Shown here piece after piece: positions 24,363 through 38,819 of a stretch of DNA of 58,702 nt; positions within the stretch are counted from its first letter, which is position 1; each line of letters starts with the position of its first letter. The stretch is from Octopus sinensis. Its lineage: Eukaryota. The stretch is taken from positions 1-58,702 of the forward strand of contig NW_021833801.1 of the NCBI RefSeq assembly GCF_006345805.1, given 5' to 3'. The notes under the pieces were generated by a model. It was not told the DNA's origin, searched no databases, and saw only the letters and a program-made list of their open reading frames with translations. Made by a program: the position numbers and the translations under genes.

Positions 24363-26512
24363 ATGGCCACTGGCCACCACGAGGCTGAGTTCCAAGTCAA
24401 GCGTGACGCAGAAACAGAAAAACAGGATGCTCTGTTAGCATACGCCGAACCTGACAACTCCACCACCACCAACAGCAACAAATACAAAACAAAGGTCGCA
24501 AGGCCAAGCACCGTCAACACCATCAGTGAGTCCACCACCACCACCAACACCATGGCAGAATCTGCTACTAAAACTGCTATCCCTACTAAAGATATCGCCA
24601 CCAATAACAACATCACCATCACCGCCACCAAAGACCGTGCCGTCAATGCTACTAATACTACCAACACCACCGCCGTCACCAAGAACGACAATAACAACAA
24701 CAACAACGACGACAACAACAATTCCCTTCAACCACTGCTCACTCCATCACCAACAAGTGAAAAATAACGACGACAAGCAAACGAAATGTCGAATTTTGCC
24801 CTAGTGCAGGACTAAAGTACGCAGGCAATTTTCCACCCCTTCCTACTAGCACGATCGAACCAAACACACCAATTTTACAAACTGCAGCCAACAAACAACA
24901 TCACCACAAGCAACAACAATAACAAAACAAAACAACAAATTTCGCTGAGGCGATTAAAGAAAAAAAAACAACAATATACTTTACGGCTCAACAAATACAG
25001 GACACGAACATCAAAATAACAGAATCAGAAGGTATAGTAAAAATAAACATACCAGAAGATATTTTGGAAAATGAAAAAAGACGAACAATCATTTATAAAA
25101 TAGTTAACAAAAAAAACAAAAATCCCAGAGAAGGCCAACACAAGCAAATAGAGAAGTGCTTGAAACCCATCTGGGATCACAAAGAATATGTAACCTGGTG
25201 GAACAAATTTGCCCACATACAAGTTGTTTCCACACCGAAGAGTTAGCTAGACATTTCTCAACGCTAACTCTTCACTCAGATGAACTCCAACTTGCACCAA
25301 GCTATCGGGGACAGAAAGTGACTAAGATCACTCTAAACAATGTCCCCAAAATAGCCAATAGTCTATGGCTTGTAAAGGCCTTATGCGTAAAAATGGCGAA
25401 TTATACTATTTTGGAAACCACAGTCACAGAGCATAAAACTGGGTGGGACAAAAAATAGAATTTCTTCTACATATACATCATGAGGATATAAAAAAAATAC
25501 CCACCCAGATATGTGTATCAGACGACCACAAGTTATATGTGGTCGTCGATGGCAGAAGACCACGTTGCTACATATGCGGCAGTGAGCAACACCTCAAAAA
25601 AGACTGCAAATCTGCCGCAAGAAAACAACAGCAACAACAACAGCAGCCGGAAACAAAAACAAATAAACAAGGTTTACTACCCACACCACTTTTTTGCAGG
25701 AACAAACCTCACCAAACAAACAACCACACCAACTGCAGCACCAAGAACAGAAGCAGCATCACCAACAACAACAACCAAGAATATACCAACTCCCAACCAA
25801 GGACATCTGCCAAAAAGACACCCAGCAAAAATGAAGAAACAATTACAACTCCAAATCCCCACAAAATTGACACCCTAAACAACACAACAATACCCACAAT
25901 CACTCAAACACAAAATACCCAAACCCCACATCCAAAACCGCATACACCACAACCAAACGCTCACCAACCAACACCAACAACAAAACCAACACAGTCGACA
26001 ATAGACCCCAATCTTTCCCTCTTCCAGACTCCGATTCGTCTGATCTGTCATTAGACGAAGAAGACACGGAAGATTGGCAAATAGCCACAGGGGGGAGAAG
26101 AAAAAGGGGAAAAAAAAGAAAAGAAAAAATAACAAACAAAGCGGGAAGATACACCACTCCCGAAACAAAAACATCCACAGAAAAAACACACACATCAACA
26201 CAAACACACCATCATCAAACCCCCAAAAATGTTGACAGCCATAAACACAAACAACCACGACCTAATGGAACACATTAGGTCAAACACTAACATTACTGAA
26301 AACGACATAAAAACAAGTAACCACCCACATACAACACCACCACAACACATTAAAATAATACACGTGACACAGAACACATACAGCACCCTGAAATCTCTTT
26401 ACCCTGATGCAGTAGGGAGATTTCAAAAGTACTCATCGAAAAAAAACTGTATAAAAGCCTCATAGAAGAAGACCGTGAGGTGAAAGACAAAGAACTTTCG
26501 AAAAACAAGTAA
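24363..26512 (+). pseudogene. Tx1 ORF1 (gag-like, CCHC zinc knuckle), frameshifted
   Basis: LYVVVDGRRPRCYICGSEQHLKKDC (C-x2-C-x4-H-x4-C) in ORF 25443..26054, flanked by Thr/Asn/Pro/Gln-rich segments in several frames. ATG 24363 and TAA 26510-26512 are inferred. Confidence 0.7.
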
Positions 26513-26553
26513 CCTTTTCTCTCTCCTTTTCCTTTTTGCACTTTTATCGGAAC

Positions 26554-29500
26554 ATGCTCAGAATAGGTAGTATAAATGTACGTGGCTTGGGGTCGCCTTG
26601 GAAACAAGGCTACCTGTTAAATGACATCAAGTCACTAAATCTGAATATCATAGCCATCAGTGAGACCAGACTCCACAGCTTGCGGGCACTCCAGCACATT
26701 TTCGGTACACATTTCAACATTTATTTTTCTCCGTGTCTACCGAGAATGGGCGGAGGTGGCACCGCGGTGCTTATCCGGAAGAGTCTGGATCTCAAAGTAA
26801 GAGCAAATTCCTAGACCCGGAGGGTAGGCTGGTCGTTTTGGATGTCGATGGCAGCAATGAGTGTGCTTTTCGACTGATAGCAGTTTATGCTCCGTCCTTA
26901 ACAGGCCGACCAGATTTCTTTCGACGTCTAGAGTCTTTCATGGGAACGTCTCGTCCTTTACTTTTAGTGGGGGATTGGAATGCCACCCTGGACACGCATC
27001 TAGACTACGTGGGCAGAGATAGCAATAGAAGGGGATGCAAATGCCTCAAAGACCTGCTCAGACGTTTCCAACTGTCTGACAGGTACCGACTGGACCACCC
27101 GAATGTGCCAATGTGGACATGGAGTAACCGCATCGGGTCGTCCAGATCATACTTAGACAGAGTATTCTGTAGGACAATAGATAAAAATAGTGTAGGTTGT
27201 CCACAATTTCATATAGTCAGTTACACAGATCACAAGTTTGTGACTTGTACACTTGACTTAGATAAGACACATAGGCAGGGTCCTGGTTACTGGAAACTGA
27301 ACGCGTCTTTTACAGCACGACAGGTTTACAGGGACCGGATCAGCACATTAGTTAAGAGAGCTTTGACGGGTACCATCATCAACAACAGATGGTGGTATGC
27401 CCTAAAAAAAGCGATTAAGCAGCAGAATCAGTCAGATACAGTAGAGCCTTAGCATTAGACCGAAATAGAATAGAGGGAGAATTAGTTAAGGTTTTAGAAG
27501 AGGCACTTAGAACTGGCATCGCGTCCAACGTACTGGCGGCGGCGAGATTGGCCCTCGACCAACACCTCAACGCCAAACACGAGGGATGCGTTGTCAGAGC
27601 TAGGATGCGTGCTCTGAGGAACGAAGGAGTTGGAGCCGCCCAAGAGGCCCGAGTGGTGGAGACGCAACGAGGCAACAGAGCCACCATCAAGTCTCTTATA
27701 GATGAACAGGGGCGCGATTGCTCGAGCCTAAAGGATGTGTGGGGTTTTTCAACAACACTTCACCCAACTGTTTGGGACAAGTGGTGAGTCAGAAAGCAGA
27801 GTGGACTTTAGTGCCTACCTGCATGCCTTGCCACGACTCTCAGCAAGGGAGGTGGAGTCTTGTGAAAAGCCTATCACAGCTGCGGACGTACAGGATGCGA
27901 TGGTAGGCTGCGCGAGAGACAAGTCACCAGGCTTGGATGGTCTGCCCTACGAATTTTATTTTCATATGCCAGACTTGTTTGGAGGCGTCTTGGCAGCTGT
28001 CTACTGCAACTGGCAGCAGAACGGGAGTATTCCTGCTTTTGTAAAGCGAGGAGCAGTGGCACTGATCAAGAAAGACCCAAACAAGGGGGACGTCATAGAT
28101 AATTTCAGGCCCATCACTCTGCTCAACGCAGATTTGAAAATTTTGGCCAAGGTGTTAGCCGAGAGGTTGGCGCTTGTCATCAAGAAACTAATCGACAAGG
28201 CGCAAACATGCGCCGTGCCGGGTAGAAGTATTCATGACAACCTCCATCTGATGCGCTACATCATAGACAGGGTAGTTAAAAATCCTGGCATGGTGGGGGG
28301 GCGCTGATCAATTTGGATCAATCAAAAGCCTTCGATAGGGTAGACCATCACTACTTGGAGGCTGTCCTCAAAGCGGCTGGTTTCGGTCCAGTTTTCCGCG
28401 GTTGGATCGCTGCCTTATACAGCGGCATCCGCTCAGTAGTTCGCGTAAATGGTCATCTATCCAGACCTTTTAACATCATGCGTTCGGTTCGTCAGGGATG
28501 CCCCCTCTCATCGCTGCTGTATGTACTGACTCTTGAGCCACTACTGCGGAAACTGGCGACGCTGAGGGGCATCCCACGAGAGCTGGGATGCGGGAGGAGC
28601 GTGTCTGCATACGCGGATGACGTCACCGTCATAGTGTCGAGCTACGAGCACATCGAGCTGGTCGGCGAGACACTGAAAGAATACGAAGCGGTAACGGGAG
28701 CAAAAATTAACCGGGAAAAGTCAGTGGGCTTGCGGCTCGGCACCTGGAGAAGCAAGCCCATGCCGTCCAACAGCGTCTCCATCGTGGGACGCTGGACGGA
28801 CGGACCGGTTAAATTGCTCGGGGTCTGGTTCGGTCCGGACCTCCAAATGGAGAAGAACTGGGGCGAGATAACGACTAGGGTGGCTACTCTCACCCAGAAA
28901 TGGACTGAGAGAAAGCTATCCCTAAAAGGTCGGGCGGAGGTGGCGAACGCGTACATCGCATCCGTCATCGAGTATCGTCTGACCGTCGTGCCTTGTCCCG
29001 ACCCTACCATCACCAAACTGGAACGCATACTCTTCCGCTTCTTGTGGAAGGGAAACGTTCCGATGGTTAGGCGATCCATTTGCTGCCAACACCCGCTAAA
29101 TGGAGGGCTGGGCATGCCGTGGTTGATGATGCGCAGACATGCGCTGAGACTGCGACATCTCCGGCGCTTCATAGACAACGGTGAACAGGGGTGGTCGCCT
29201 TTTGTGCGGCGCGCTTTCCCGCAGCTCGTCTCCTTGGACGAACTACAGTCATGGATCAAGCAGAGACCGAGGCTAGGCGAATGGCACCGCGAGTGTCGCG
29301 TTGCTCTCAAGCAACTCTGCCGTCCGGGATCGAACTTGTGCGACTCCATCACAACAAAGGCATTCTATAGAGGATTAGTGGAGGGGAGGTGCGACGACGA
29401 ACTCGGGCAGAGTCTGGGCGTCGACGAGGAACACACTGACCCGCCTGTTCAGGACAACTTTCGGGCCGGGACCTATGAACAATCACCAAAGATCCCTGGC

Positions 29501-29983
29501 CTGGCAGTGCTATCGAGAAGCATTACCTGTTCGGGATAAGCTCTACAGACACGGTTCCAGACACACTGGACCGACTTGCCCGAGATGCGGTCAGAGCGAC
29601 GAAACCGTTCTGCACGCACTCGTGCAATGTCCAACCATTTCCGACCTGTGGGCTTATGCCGAACGGCTGCTGTCACGTGTGGGACGAATCCGCCTATCGG
29701 CCGAGTCTATCGTGAGAATTGCTCCGCCCCCTTCCCTCAACCGGGAAGGCAAGGCAGTTTTCATCGTACTGGGGCCATGGTGAAAGAAAGAATGTGTGGG
29801 TGGACTCGAGCGAAAGGATTAGAGACAAACACTTACCTCTCTGGCAAATCGCTCATCAACTTTTTCAAGTACCACTTGAAAAGGAAGGTGAGAATGGAGA
29901 GGGAAGTTTTGTCTCGCGAAAGATTCAAAAAAAGATGGGTGAATGTTGCAAAGATGGTGCGTGCTAGTAACGAAACCATTTGA
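26554..29983 (+). pseudogene. Tx1 ORF2: AP endonuclease, reverse transcriptase and C-terminal zinc finger, split by about 6-7 frameshifts
   Basis: EN: SINVRGL, ISETRL, VGDWNATLD, SYLDRVF, TDHK. RT: KSPGLDGLPYEFY, FRPITLLNADLKILAK, DQSKAFDRVDH, VRQGCPLS, YADD. Zinc finger: CPRCGQSDETVLHALVQC. Confidence 0.95.
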
Positions 29984-30296
29984 GCATGATCCTGTAGATC
30001 GTAAAAAAGAAAGAAAGAGAGCATTTTTGACCTCATGTGTTTATTTCCTCCCTGACTGGGGTTCCCGTGGTCTTTTCTGTAGGCTTTTCTTCCCACGGAT
30101 GAACCCAATCTTGTTATATCAATGTTTACACCATTATTTCTGTGATACACGATTTTCCTTTTTTCCTTTTTTTTCCTCCTCTCGATCCCTTTTGATCGCA
30201 ATCTTACATTTTTATTTTTTTCCACCCTCGAAAAGAAAAGCTCTGCATTGTATTTGTCCCCTCTGTATTCAGCCCTGTGTGGCTAATAAAAGAAAG

Positions 30297-30303
30297 TTAT
30301 CTA

Positions 30304-30337
<34 letters not shown>

Positions 30338-30376
30338 CTATCTACCTACCTATCTATCTATCTATCTATATCTATC

Positions 30377-30411
<35 letters not shown>

Positions 30412-30545
30412 ATATCTATCTATCTATCTACTCTATATTCTACCTATCATCTATCTATCTATCCATATCTATCTATCTATCTATCTACCTATCTACCTAC
30501 CTATCTATCTATCTCTATATCATCTATCTATCTTCTATCTATCTA

Positions 30546-30578
<33 letters not shown>

Positions 30579-30628
30579 CCTACTATCATCTATCTATCTT
30601 CTATCTATTCTATATATCTATCTATCTG

Positions 30629-30663
<35 letters not shown>

Positions 30664-30715
30664 CCATCTCTCTATATATTTATCTACTGTTGTCTGTCTG
30701 TCTGTCTATTTATCT
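30297..30715. repeat. Degenerate (TATC)n tract, 3' flank of the Tx1 element
   Basis: Directly visible. Confidence 0.95.
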
Positions 30716-31046
30716 CTCCTTCAAACAATTTAATTGCACGACAACATTCGTTTGACAGCCACCGCAGACGATTTTCAATCTGAATAAATAACGAACTTCT
30801 TCGTAGTTTATTAGCATTAGTTGCCTATCTGCCGTAAATAATGTTATTTTTCGGTGACTTAATTAATCTATTCTGCGTTCCACCGGCTCTATTTGTATAT
30901 CATTTGATTGTTACTGATATCTTACCCATTATTAAACATTCTAGCATGCAAATTCATTACGGCTTCCACAGATTATATATATATATTATATATATATATA
31001 ATAAATATATATATATATATAGATTATAATATATATATATTACTAC

Positions 31047-31077
<31 letters not shown>

Positions 31078-31228
31078 ATATATATATAACATATATATAT
31101 ATATATACATACATACATATATACATATATTATGTATTTGCATATAGATATATGTATATATATGCATATACACCATTACACACACATACATATCCACCAT
31201 GCATATACACCAATTTATTACATATATG

Positions 31229-31299
<71 letters not shown>

Positions 31300-31452
31300 G
31301 TGTGTATGTGTGATACTGCGATTTATGTATGTATACTGAGATACCTGCTTCTGTTATGACAGTATTCTGTATATATATATATATATGTATATATATATCT
31401 ATATATATATATATATATATATGTACATGCTATATATAATATGTATACGTAT

Positions 31453-31486
<34 letters not shown>

Positions 31487-31884
31487 TTGTATGTATATAT
31501 AAATGCATAAACCTATATACGTACATATGCATATACATGCATACATGCATATATATATGTATATACATATGCATATGTGTGTGTGTTTGTGCTTCTACTA
31601 TCTTCCTAAGAATCTTGTAGGTTTGTATTCTGTTTTATTCTATTCTATTCCCCAATGGTTTCCCTATTAAAATCTTAGTGACAGCTCTCGATTCTATTTT
31701 TCTAGTTGTGTTTCATTATTGACTTCATCCACGCTAAACACCGTTTTCAATTACATTCAACTTCTAAGTCCATTACCACCTACATGTCTATTAGAGAAGG
31801 AGAATATAATAATAATAATAATAATAATAATGATAATAATAAATAATAATAATAGTAATAATAATGATAATAATAATAATAATA

Positions 31885-31916
<32 letters not shown>

Positions 31917-32072
31917 TAATAATAAATAATAATAATGTAATAATAATAATAATAATAATAATGATAATAATAATAATAATAATAATGATAATAATAAATA
32001 ATAATAATAGTAATAGTAATAATTACAGCAACAATATGAACAATAATAATAATAATAATAATCATAATCATA

Positions 32073-32103
<31 letters not shown>

Positions 32104-32183
32104 AATAATAATAATAATAATAACAATAACAATAATATTAATAATAATAATAAATAATAATAATAATAATAATAATAATATTC

Positions 32184-32221
<38 letters not shown>

Positions 32222-32260
32222 TTAATAATAATAATAATAATAATAATAATGATAATAATA

Positions 32261-32815
32261 AATGCCCTGATGCAGTACCAGGCAGTGGCTCTCATGGCTT
32301 CTGATCTTAACTGATTGGAAGTGTTATCATGTACATTGTTTTGTCTTGGTATAAAAGATGGGCTACAGCAAATATTCTGCTCAATACCCAGATTTGCTTG
32401 TCAGTAGTTTGACCATAACCAGTGAGCATGTCCCTTAGTGGCTGACGATATGTGCATCTCTGATCACGAGCAGAAGTAGTGGGGGAGCATCATAGCCATG
32501 TGTTGAGAGGGATTCTTTGGGGTTTGAATAGTTCACCTTTGGAAACATGGGTGGTTCTTTCAACATCCTTAAGCAACCCTTATTCAGGGACCGTTTGAGC
32601 GGGATGGGCTACTCAACCTGAAGAAAATTCTAACTGGGCCCCACCTACAAGGTCATGTGCTGTTTATCTTGATATGAGATCACCATGTCGCGCACATATG
32701 GTTGTGATGCATGTGCCTGGTGTACCTTTATCAGACGGGTAGTCATGATGGGTATATTGGGCTTCGTATATTTTACCCCAGTGTCACTTTGATGGCATGA
32801 ACTGCTCTCTCACTC
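32261..32815. mobile_element. ~555-bp (AAT)n-embedded repeat, copy 2
   Basis: See 4297-4851; follows the (AAT)n tract 31805-32260. Confidence 0.8.
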
Positions 32816-32821
32816 AATAAC

Positions 32822-32861
<40 letters not shown>

Positions 32862-33489
32862 GTAATAATAATGATAATAATAATGGAACGGCTCATGTAC
32901 TGAGAAGAGCATTATCGCTGTGAAAACAACATCCATTCATGAATTTATTTATTCATTAATTTTTTAAATACATATTTTACCTGTGAATTTGAGTGTGTAA
33001 TCTGGGAATGCAAACAATGACCTTCTCTGCCCTAGATGTACGGAAATCACTCGGCGAGAAACGGAAGAAAATTTGAAGAAAGAAGGAAAAAATAGTAGTA
33101 GTAGTAGTAATAATAATAATAATAATAATAATAATATTGGGCTTCGTATATTTTACCCCAGTGTCACTTTGATGGCATGAACTGCTCTCTCACTCAATAA
33201 CAATAATAATAATAATAATAATAATAAATAATAATAATAATAGTAAAATAATGATAATAATAATGGAACGGCTCATGTACTGAGAAGAGCATTATCGCTG
33301 TGAAAACAAAAACATCCATCATGAATTTATTTATTCATTAATTTTTTAAATACATATTTTACCTGTGAATTTGAGTGTGTAATCTGGGAATGCAAACAAT
33401 GACCTTCTCTGCCCTAGATGTACGGAAATCACTCGGCGAGAAACGGAAGAAAATTTGAAGAAAGAAGGAAAAAATAGTAGTAGTAGTAG

Positions 33490-33529
<40 letters not shown>

Positions 33530-33543
33530 TAATAATAATAATG

Positions 33544-33576
<33 letters not shown>

Positions 33577-33603
33577 TTAATAATAATAATAATAATAATA
33601 ATG

Positions 33604-34660
33604 ATTTCTTTTATTGGCCACAAGTGTCCAAGACATGGAGGGCAATATCGAAGAACTAGTTATAACACGCCAAAAAATATAAAATGTACAAAAACATGTT
33701 GGATTAACATCAATCAACTGGAGATATTACCATATTAAAGGATATGACAGATGATATATAATAGAAAGTAGTGAAATATATAATAAATAAATAAATGAAT
33801 AAATAGAAACCCCCATAGCAAGGCAGTTCACTTAGTGTTATCTGGGACACACCGCACACAAAATTCTGGATTACTGTGCCATCCCCAAGGCATAGGAATG
33901 TGCCCTCTTCCAGTTTCATTCCTTCTGCTAAGAAAAGCATATTCAGAGTAGATCCATTCTGTCTCACCGATCTTGCCACTATCGACCACCATTTGATAAA
34001 CACACTAGAGGGTAGTACCTCCCTCTCTACCCTCACTTTCCTCTTCAAAGGATATGTGAAGAAATTGACGAGGGATTGACCAGATAGGAATGTGCCTGTC
34101 TTTAAAACTTTCAGACAGGTCCACCACACAGCCTCTTTTGCCACAACCACTAAGCGGAGAAAGATCTGTCTTCCGTCTCTGCAAAGGGAAGGTGGTGCAT
34201 TGATCTTCACTATACACTTAGCAGACAGCTAATTTCGTCTTACACGCGACAACAGCTGTTCCACACAATCCCACAAGTCCATGTGCCTCCACAATAAATG
34301 CGCCCTTTTAAAACCTAGCCAGGCTCATGGGCCCGGTTTCCCGGTTTCAGTAGAATATGTGTTCCCCAGCTGGACGAGACGCCAGTCCATCGCAGCGTTA
34401 CTCATTTTTGCCAGCTGAGTGTACTGGAGCAACGTGAAATGAAGTGATTTGCTCAACAACACAACGCGTCGCCCGGTCCAGGAATCGAAACCACAATCTT
34501 GCGATCATGATGCTGACACCCTAACCACTAAGCCACGCGCCTCCCCTAGGTTCGGCTGTTGGCACTTCCATGCCTGAAGAGCTTGTCAAGAACGGGCAAT
34601 CCCCCTCTGTAGCACTGCCAAGTCGAAGACTTTTGGATATTGTCCATGACCTTCAGCGCG
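33604..34660 (-). mobile_element. 5'-truncated, decayed Tx1 relative interrupted by a SINE
   Basis: MDNIQKSSTWQCYRGGLPVLDKLFRHGS and KEAVWWTCLKVLKTGTFLSGQSLVNFFTYPLKRKVRVEREVL parallel the ORF2 C-terminus at 29.5-30 kb. Ends TGTGGCCAATAAAAGAAAT followed by (ATT)n. Confidence 0.85.
34321..34544 (-). mobile_element. SINE family E nested in the Tx1 fragment
   Basis: Homologous to 15190-15423; CCTAG lies near both junctions (possible short TSD). Confidence 0.75.
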
Positions 34661-34845
34661 AAAATATTTACAACAACAAGAAAATAATAATAAATGCTTT
34701 GATGCAATGCAACGCAGTGGCTCTCATGGCTTTTGATCTTAACTGAATGGAGGTGTTAACGTTTGCATGTTTTGTCTTGGTGCAAAAGATGGGTTATAGC
34801 AAATATTCTGACCCTAATGTCCAACTGGTACTTAATTTATCGCCG

Positions 34846-34849
<4 letters not shown>

Positions 34850-34895
<46 letters not shown>

Positions 34896-34947
34896 TAATA
34901 ATAATAATGATAATAATAATGATAATAATAATAATAATAATAGTAAT

Positions 34948-34985
<38 letters not shown>

Positions 34986-35140
34986 TAATAATAATAATAA
35001 TAATAGTAATATTAATAATATTAATAATAATAATAATGATAATAATAATAATAGTAATATTAATAATAATAATAATAATAACAATAATAATAATAATGAT
35101 AATAATAATAATAATAATAATAATGATAATAATAATAATA

Positions 35141-35177
<37 letters not shown>

Positions 35178-35389
35178 TAATAATAATAATAATAATAATA
35201 GTAATATTAATAATATTAATAATAATAATAATGATAATAATAATAATAGTAATATTAATAATGATAATAATAATAATAATAATAATGATAATAATAATAA
35301 TAATAATAATGATAATAATAATAATAATGATGATAATAATAATGATAATGATGATGATGATGATAATGATAATGATAATGATGATGATG

Positions 35390-35440
<51 letters not shown>

Positions 35441-35533
35441 TATAATAATAATAATGATAATAATAATAATAATGATGATAATAATAATGATAATGATGAT
35501 GATGATGATAATGATAATGATAATGATGATGAA

Positions 35534-35566
<33 letters not shown>

Positions 35567-35570
35567 AATA

Positions 35571-35623
<53 letters not shown>

Positions 35624-35704
35624 TAATGATAATAATAATAATAATGATGATAAAATAATGATAATGATGATGATGATGATAATGATAATGATAATGATGA
35701 TGAA

Positions 35705-35778
<74 letters not shown>
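34850..35778. repeat. Long (AAT)n/(GAT)n array
   Basis: Directly visible; produces the poly-I/L/D ORFs. Confidence 0.95.
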
Positions 35779-35779
<1 letters not shown>

Positions 35780-37330
35780 CCTTTTTTATCGGCCACAAGG
35801 GTTGAACACAAAAACCTATCGGGACAAACAATAGAAAACAAGGAATAACGGAAGCTTAAAACAGAAAACGTGTAAGCAATAAAAACAAAAAAACAGTTAA
35901 TGACAAAAAAAAATAAAACAACAAAATGCTCCAATAGTGGGTAGTTTCACCCAGGCTCCACCGGGGCAGCCTACACATCCTGGTCACCCCGACTGCCAAA
36001 GGCACGCCAGCTATGCACACCTCTTTCCTCTCAACTGCTCCGGCTTACAGGCGAATATTCAGAGCAGGCCCATTCGCACGAGCCCTTTTCGCAATATTCA
36101 CCCAACTTTCAACAAAAATTACCGGGTGGGTAGCGATGGGAGCAGCACTTCCCTCTCTACTCCCGCTTTCCTTTTCAAACAGAGCTTGAAAAACTCGATG
36201 AAGGCCCAGCCGAAGAGGAAAGTCTTCAGTCCTTTCAGCCTCGTCAACCACACTACCTCTTTCGCTGTTGCCACCAGTCAGAGGAAAACTGCCTTTCCTC
36301 CCGGCCAAAAGAAGGCGGCGGGACAATCCTCACAATGGACTCGACTGATAATCGGATCCGTCCTATACATGACAACAGCTGTTCGACAAAGCGCCACAAG
36401 TCAGTAATGGACGGACACTGGACGTGCGCATGACAGGACGGTTTCATTGCACTGCGCACGCCTAGGACAGGTCCGTCTGACAGCATTTCCTTGTCTGTAC
36501 AGCTTGTCTCGAACCGGCAGAGCTCCCCGGTAGCACTACCACGCCAGGGATCTCTGGAAATTATCCATAGGCCTTTGACCGAAAGTCTTCCCGAAAAGAC
36601 CAGTAAATTGATCCCTCTCGATGCCCAGAGTTTCTCCCAGCACGTCGTCGCTCTTTCCCTCCACTAATCCTCTATAGAACTCCGTGGTGGAACTTTCACC
36701 GACCGCGCTGCCCGACTGGCAGAAGGCTGTGAGCGCTTGCCGACACTCCAGGTGCCACGCCCCCTTTCTTGGTCTGCGCTTGATCCAGAACTGTAGCTCT
36801 ATTAATGAGGCGAGCTGCGGAAAGTCCTATTTGACGAACGGCGACCACACCTGCTCACTATTAAGGAAACGCAGGAGATGACGCAGCCTCAGGGCATGTC
36901 GGCGCATCATTAGCCACGGAATGTTCAATCCTCCATTCAGCGGCTGTTGACAGCAGAGGGAACACGTCTGACGAGCGGAACACGTCCCTAGCATAGAGAG
37001 GGGATGAGCAAACGCTCTAGATTTATCAGGCACGAAATAGTGCAAGAGAGGATTGTGAGGCGGTAGTAGATGACAGAAGCGATGTACGCATTCCTCACCT
37101 CCACCCGAGCTTTTAAGAACAGCTTTCTCCCTTCCCATTTCTGGGTGTGATTGGCTATACTTCTCGCCACCTCTCCCCAGTTTTTGTCCGCCTGGAGGTC
37201 TGGACCAAATCAGACCCCGAGCAATTTAATCGGTCCTTCCATCCTGCGCTCTACAACGCTATCAGTTGCCTCTCTAAGTGTCGAGCTGCAGGCCCACCGA
37301 CTTCTCCTGGTTGACGCATGAAAGCTTATA
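35779..37330 (-). mobile_element. Second 5'-truncated Tx1 relative
   Basis: CCQQPLNGGLNIPWLMMRRHALRLRHL and WEGRKLFLKARVEVRNAYIASVIYYRLT match ORF2 28313..29539. Ends CTTGTGGCCGATAAAAAAG followed by (ATT)n. Confidence 0.85.
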
Positions 37331-37438
37331 TTTTGTCCAGTGGGTATGTCATATGACAGGACAATAACCATGGAAGATGAAAGTGGTGTTGGAATTTAAG
37401 AGGCTGTTTTAGCCTTCGGTTGTGTTCAGGATCCATGT

Positions 37439-38462
<1,024 letters not shown>

Positions 38463-38819
38463 CATATATACAAGTACCCCACATGGGCTTTCCCCACTCT
38501 CGCCCCCCCCCACTTCCCCACACAACATCACACCACACTACACTACACCATACGACATTACACATCACATCATACATACACACACACGTCCAGACCACCA
38601 GCCCTCTTTCACATGCACGTACATACTCTCTTATGCACACATGCACCTTCATGTTGGGGCGAGGTCACTTGACCCTGTTATCTCCCCTACTATCCCTCTA
38701 GCGTCTAACGTCTGACCTCTAACGTTTGACCTCCGATCTCTGACTTCTCCTGAAATCAGAACGCCATGTTGGATCGTTAGCCCTTACACGCAATTTTATC
38801 TCTCCTTATTTCTCTCCTT

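Larger units (their letters stand above)
24147..30296 (+). mobile_element. Near full-length Tx1/L1-clade non-LTR retrotransposon
   Basis: ORF1 with zinc knuckle, ORF2 with APE-RT-CCHC, 3' UTR ending AATAAAAGAAAG, and (TATC)n on both sides. Confidence 0.9.

Noticed and set aside
32895-32935. CTGAGA-AGAGC ATTATC GCTGT-GAAA (duplicated at ~33.28 kb)
   Set aside because: The core is one base short and there is no convincing cleavage site or stem I; at most a relic.
28488-36215. TCGTCAG/CTGAAGA words inside Tx1 coding sequence (~28490, ~34575, ~36205)
   Set aside because: Chance words within RT-coding DNA, with no flanking stems.
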